From a virus (taxonomy: Duplodnaviria; Caudoviricetes), in the IMG/VR virus record IMGVR_UViG_3300022876_000192, positions 1 to 47,613 of that record: a stretch of DNA of 47,613 nt, one strand, 5' to 3'. Shown here piece after piece: positions 43,815-47,613 of the stretch. Made by a program: the position numbers and the translations under genes. Every line of letters starts with the position of its first letter. The stretch's first letter is position 1. The notes below the pieces were generated by a model. The model did no database searches. It worked only from the letters and a program-made list of their open reading frames with translations, and was not told where the DNA came from.

Positions 43815-44854
43815 GCGAGATCCGTCCCCAATCCAGCACCCACTTCAACCCGGCTAACTCTCAATCAGCCATTGATGCACAAACGCGCACTCAAATCTCG
43901 GAGGAAAGCGGCATGCAAATGGACCAGCACGACACCCAAACCACGACCGCTTTGCTCCGCAAGGAAACCAGCGTCGACACACTAGAAACAAACAGTCTCT
44001 GCTGCGCAGCAGCAGGCATTATTGCTCCTTCCAGCAGCACCACCGAGGCGCTTATACCCCACGAAAAGCTGCGCGAGGCAGCGACCCCCAATGCCACGCT
44101 AAACGCTCAGAATCGCCCGCCCGCGCAGCCTGTTGAGGGGGATAAAGCTCATCATTGGGAGATGTCATCCTGCGCAAGCAGCATTGATTCTACAGCGAGC
44201 CTTTTCAGCCGCCATAGCAGCTGCCTCCATGTCATAAATGATGAGCATGGAAATGCCACCAGGCTTCCCTGCCTGAATCGACTGAACTCCATGAAGAACA
44301 TCTCTGACCGCGGCACGAAGTTCGAGCCAGCCTATAGCGGCTTCAGCTCGGGGCACTTCATTGAACTGTACTTCACGCATCAAGTAGTCACAATCGCGCA
44401 AAGAGACCTCGAACCTAGTCACCATGCGTTTGTCGCTAGAATTGTCAGTAAGGTAGCTACTGGCATTAAACGATACATCAGCGACGAAATTCGCGACGAC
44501 AAACAACTTATCCAAAAGCTCTCTCTCTGCCTGCTTCGCAGCTTTAGAAGCCCGCTGGTTCTGCGAACTGGCGACAGCAATTGCCACGATGATCGCAAGC
44601 ACAGACCCCACCGCTTGCACCCATGCGGCTGCGTCTTTCTTTGCATCAAAAGCATCAAGCAATACAAAAAGAGCCCACCCCAGTGCACCGGTAGCCAAAA
44701 ACAGCCACACCACCCAAATCGTGGCTGTGCTCATAAACGGTGGCAATTTCAAACGTTTCATTCAAGCCGGCCCCTCGCCATCAAAAGATCCGCGAGATTG
44801 CCCACTTTCATCACTCTCGTCTACGAAAGTCACATGATGGAGGTTGCGGCGTGA
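43811..44854 (+). CDS. hypothetical early ORF, open across an antisense moron
   Basis: ATGA-coupled to the upstream gene and GTGA-coupled to the downstream gene; middle part is the shadow of 44165-44761. Confidence 0.4.
   Translation: MSEIRPQSSTHFNPANSQSAIDAQTRTQISEESGMQMDQHDTQTTTALLRKETSVDTLETNSLCCAAAGIIAPSSSTTEALIPHEKLREAATPNATLNAQNRPPAQPVEGDKAHHWEMSSCASSIDSTASLFSRHSSCLHVINDEHGNATRLPCLNRLNSMKNISDRGTKFEPAYSGFSSGHFIELYFTHQVVTIAQRDLEPSHHAFVARIVSKVATGIKRYISDEIRDDKQLIQKLSLCLLRSFRSPLVLRTGDSNCHDDRKHRPHRLHPCGCVFLCIKSIKQYKKSPPQCTGSQKQPHHPNRGCAHKRWQFQTFHSSRPLAIKRSARLPTFITLVYESHMMEVAA
44165..44761 (-). CDS. membrane moron protein (2 TM + helical domain)
   Basis: IWVVWLFLATGALGWALFVLL and AAWVQAVGSVLAIIVAIAV; GAGG SD. 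Confidence 0.7.
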   Translation of the reverse strand: MKRLKLPPFMSTATIWVVWLFLATGALGWALFVLLDAFDAKKDAAAWVQAVGSVLAIIVAIAVASSQNQRASKAAKQAERELLDKLFVVANFVADVSFNASSYLTDNSSDKRMVTRFEVSLRDCDYLMREVQFNEVPRAEAAIGWLELRAAVRDVLHGVQSIQAGKPGGISMLIIYDMEAAAMAAEKARCRINAACAG

Positions 44855-45120
44855 ACACTCTTTTCCTATTGATGGCGCAGTATGATGGCCAAGCAGTCAT
44901 TCCACTGGACCGTGTGTGTGCCGATTACATGAACCTGACAGTCGAAAAATTCAAACGAAAATGTTTGGATGGAGAAATTGATATACCAATCGTTCGCCTA
45001 GGCGCAGAGAGTCAGAAGGCTGCACTAGGTATACACTTGAGAGACCTCGCAGATTACATCGATCGACAGCGCGAAAGAGCTACAGTCGAGCAAAAAAAAT
45101 TCATGGGAAGAGCCGCTTAG
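44851..45120 (+). CDS. PrtN-family protein, possible excisionase
   Basis: NTLFLLMAQYDG...IPL..VC.DY and SQKAALGIHLRDLADYID motifs; GGAGG SD; last early gene, convergent toward int. Confidence 0.85.
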   Translation: MNTLFLLMAQYDGQAVIPLDRVCADYMNLTVEKFKRKCLDGEIDIPIVRLGAESQKAALGIHLRDLADYIDRQRERATVEQKKFMGRAA

Positions 45121-45153
45121 GACGATTTGAGTCCTTTCTATCGTAGATCGGAC

Positions 45154-46488
45154 TCAACCCACCTCATCACAAAACCTCTCATCATTGTAAATACTCATAG
45201 ATCTTGTATAACACCCCAGGGCGCTGCCAACATACATATCCTTACTAAACAGCACACCACGTTTCCCAACAACACACCTGACATCTTCAGCTTGTGTTAA
45301 CGGCAAAACTAAAGGGCTCGGCACTTCGTCAAAAACAATTCTGAGCAGGCTCTCAGCAACCTCTCTAAAGGCATCCTCAGCAGCAACTAAGTCCACTTCG
45401 GAATTTACGTTAAGAACAACCTTCAAAAGCTTTACAACATGCTCTCCACCGCTTACGTAATAAGCAATATTTGACGAATTGAAACCCTCTCCGACCTTCG
45501 CATATTTTGAACTCCCAAACCAATTTTCGTACCCATAGGCAGGTTTATACGAATTCACCTCCAACTGAAAACCATAAAGAAACCTGCGAGCTTCTCGTGG
45601 CCCCCATCCATCAACGCTCGACAGAGGTAATGGGTTTTTTTCTCTATGCCTACGATATTTCATAGAAACAATAGAGGCTTTTATTTCCGCTGGGTTTGAT
45701 GCCGACCAGTTATACAACTCATGAATCCACTGCTGCATTAACTCCACGTCGGCCCTAAAATAAATCAGGGCTATACGTTTTGCGTAAGCGGCGACTTTTT
45801 CATCGTTCAACCGCAAATCTATTTGAGCGAAAGCACTATCGTATGCTCCGTACAACCCAAACAAATAAAGAAAAGGGAAAAACATAAAAGTGAGAATTAT
45901 TGGACCAAAAAAATCTTTAAAATTTGAAGCACTTGCAAAGAAACTGAAGTTACTAATCATTTCATAGGCCGCATTAGCCAAATACGCAACCCCCACCACC
46001 ACAACTAAGCGCTCTAAAAGCTTTGAAAGCATTGCATTCTTTTCTTCTCGAGAAGAGACCGCAGCAAGCAAGCTCAGAAACACTACAAACGGAACAAGAA
46101 AAATTTCTATCCATAAAGAGAAAGAATAAAGATCAGTAATAAAAACCACTATAGCAGTCGGCTTTACTACCCCACGAACCAAATTACTAAAATAATATTT
46201 TTCCGTCCTTATCTTAGACAAACTAAACATAGAACTGAAGGCGAACATCACCCCCCATACAATAGTAGTCTTAAGATTTTCATAACCCCATAAATCAACT
46301 CGGTGCAAACCGTAAACACAGACTGCCATCCATAAAAAAGCCAGCGAAAAAAAACTCAGAAAATGCCGATTAAGAAGAGCCTTAGGCACTTTAAGCATAG
46401 CGTCCCTAACATCTCGATTGAGACACATGGCGACCAAAGCCAAAAGAGCACAAATTACAATTGCAACCTCACGATTGTTCAGCTCCAT
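45154..46488 (-). CDS. polytopic membrane protein (about 6-7 TM + soluble C-terminal domain), moron downstream of int
   Basis: 444 aa low-GC ORF with GGAG SD; multiple hydrophobic segments in the first ~215 aa. Confidence 0.75.
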   Translation of the reverse strand: MELNNREVAIVICALLALVAMCLNRDVRDAMLKVPKALLNRHFLSFFSLAFLWMAVCVYGLHRVDLWGYENLKTTIVWGVMFAFSSMFSLSKIRTEKYYFSNLVRGVVKPTAIVVFITDLYSFSLWIEIFLVPFVVFLSLLAAVSSREEKNAMLSKLLERLVVVVGVAYLANAAYEMISNFSFFASASNFKDFFGPIILTFMFFPFLYLFGLYGAYDSAFAQIDLRLNDEKVAAYAKRIALIYFRADVELMQQWIHELYNWSASNPAEIKASIVSMKYRRHREKNPLPLSSVDGWGPREARRFLYGFQLEVNSYKPAYGYENWFGSSKYAKVGEGFNSSNIAYYVSGGEHVVKLLKVVLNVNSEVDLVAAEDAFREVAESLLRIVFDEVPSPLVLPLTQAEDVRCVVGKRGVLFSKDMYVGSALGCYTRSMSIYNDERFCDEVG

Positions 46489-46524
46489 GAACTCTCCCTA
46501 AGATCCAAGTAATGACCCAAGACT

Positions 46525-47613
46525 TCAATATAGCCGTTTTAACCATGACCAGTTCTCATAACTATTCCCTCGCCCTCTTAAATGCGTATACCGTCTCAAT
46601 GAATTCCAATCTCTATGCCCGGAGACGCTCGACACCCTCGGAATGTCCCAGTCCATCTCAAACAGCCGGCTAACCCCCTCATGCCGCAGATCATGGAAAT
46701 GGAGATCCTCGATTCCAAGCATCGGGCACGCCCTCGTGAAAGAGGCCGACACCGACTTTGCGTTGTAGGGGAAGATCTCTCGTTCGACTTTGGGCATGCT
46801 CTGCAGAATTGCCCAAGCCTCATCTGGCAGATGACACCACACGTCATTGCCGATCTTCTGACCGGGATTCTTCATATCGCGCACCAGGATAGCCTGTCGC
46901 GAATCGTCGAGATCATCCCAGCGAATCCGTGTAATTTCTTCCTGCCGGCGCGTCGAAAAAAGCGCAAAGGCGATCACCTTCGGCATGTCGATCTGGGCTT
47001 TGCGACGCTCCTGCATTTCGAAGAAATGCGCCATGATCTTGTCCAGCTCCTCCAACGTCGGCCGTCGATTTCGTTCCTTGCTCTTGCTGACCATGCCCAG
47101 CTTACGCAACACCTTGCGCGCATCGGACATCGCTAGCGGGTCCACCTCGTATCCCCATGCCGGTCGCGCCACAGACAAAACCGCACCTAGGTGCGACAGA
47201 TCATTACCGACCGTCTGCGCCTGAACACCGCCGCCCTCGTCGTTCATTCGCCACTGTGCGAACTCCACCAGCTTCTGACTGGTCAGCGCCGAATCGTCGA
47301 GATCGCCCAACCAAGTATCCTTGATCGCGTTGAGTGTTGCGTTCTTGGTCTTGCCCAACGGCCGGATCTTCTCGTACTCGTCCAGGTACTGCTCGATCAT
47401 TTTCCTTATCGTCACGCCCTTGCGGTTCGCACGCTCGATCGCACCAGGCTCGGCCAGCTCCGTCTCGCGGCGCTTGATCCAGGCTTGAGCGACCTGCTTG
47501 CGGTCGAAGGTTTGGCTTTCCTGATAAACTGTGCGCCCGTCCCGATTGATCCGTATCTGCGCCGTGTAAGCCGTCGAGTTGTCCTTGCGCTTGCGTGATG
47601 TGATCGTGCCCAT
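46525..47613 (-). CDS. int: tyrosine recombinase/integrase, DusA-associated type
   Basis: Catalytic R (STRRQEEI), K (DMKNP), HDLRH, SGHRDWNSLRRY; N-terminus MGTITSRKRK...YTAQIRI typical of dusA-targeting integrases. Confidence 0.92.
   Translation of the reverse strand: MGTITSRKRKDNSTAYTAQIRINRDGRTVYQESQTFDRKQVAQAWIKRRETELAEPGAIERANRKGVTIRKMIEQYLDEYEKIRPLGKTKNATLNAIKDTWLGDLDDSALTSQKLVEFAQWRMNDEGGGVQAQTVGNDLSHLGAVLSVARPAWGYEVDPLAMSDARKVLRKLGMVSKSKERNRRPTLEELDKIMAHFFEMQERRKAQIDMPKVIAFALFSTRRQEEITRIRWDDLDDSRQAILVRDMKNPGQKIGNDVWCHLPDEAWAILQSMPKVEREIFPYNAKSVSASFTRACPMLGIEDLHFHDLRHEGVSRLFEMDWDIPRVSSVSGHRDWNSLRRYTHLRGRGNSYENWSWLKRLY

Larger units (their letters stand above)
3790..47613. mobile_element. 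temperate prophage (lambda-like head, P2-like contractile tail) integrated in the dusA 5' end; right att site lies beyond the window
   Basis: Truncated dusA at left; integrase of the DusA-associated type at right, oriented away from the expected restored dusA; full set of head, tail, lysis, replication and immunity genes with no obvious frameshifts. Confidence 0.88.

Overview
Pseudomonas-like DNA dominated by an apparently complete temperate prophage (~3.79 kb to past the right edge). It is inserted in the 5' end of dusA: the stranded native dusA start is at 3737-3802 and a DusA-associated-type tyrosine integrase is at 46525-47613. The phage has a lambda-like cos/terminase/portal/ClpP-protease/capsid head, a P2-like contractile tail, split lysis genes (holin far from GH19 endolysin and Rz/Rz1), a primase-VirE replication gene, a cI/cro switch with recognisable operators, and an early operon with an antirepressor and two PrtN-family genes. 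Low-GC cargo includes a PARIS-like ATPase + DUF4435 pair, a lectin-fold/NDT fusion, a putAbiC-type gene and membrane morons. Left of the att site lie an ApeA-like HEPN gene and a C4-antisense-like locus. The two strongest unexplained signals are non-coding: (1) a ~270-nt multi-hairpin RNA between cro and cII whose UGUGGUG loops are complementary (10-15 nt) to translation-initiation regions of several early genes including the antirepressor, and (2) degenerate 24-bp palindromes in exact 34-bp-period arrays that separate each cargo gene at 7.2-10.8 kb like cassette boundaries. All family calls come from motif recognition by eye; no searches were run.
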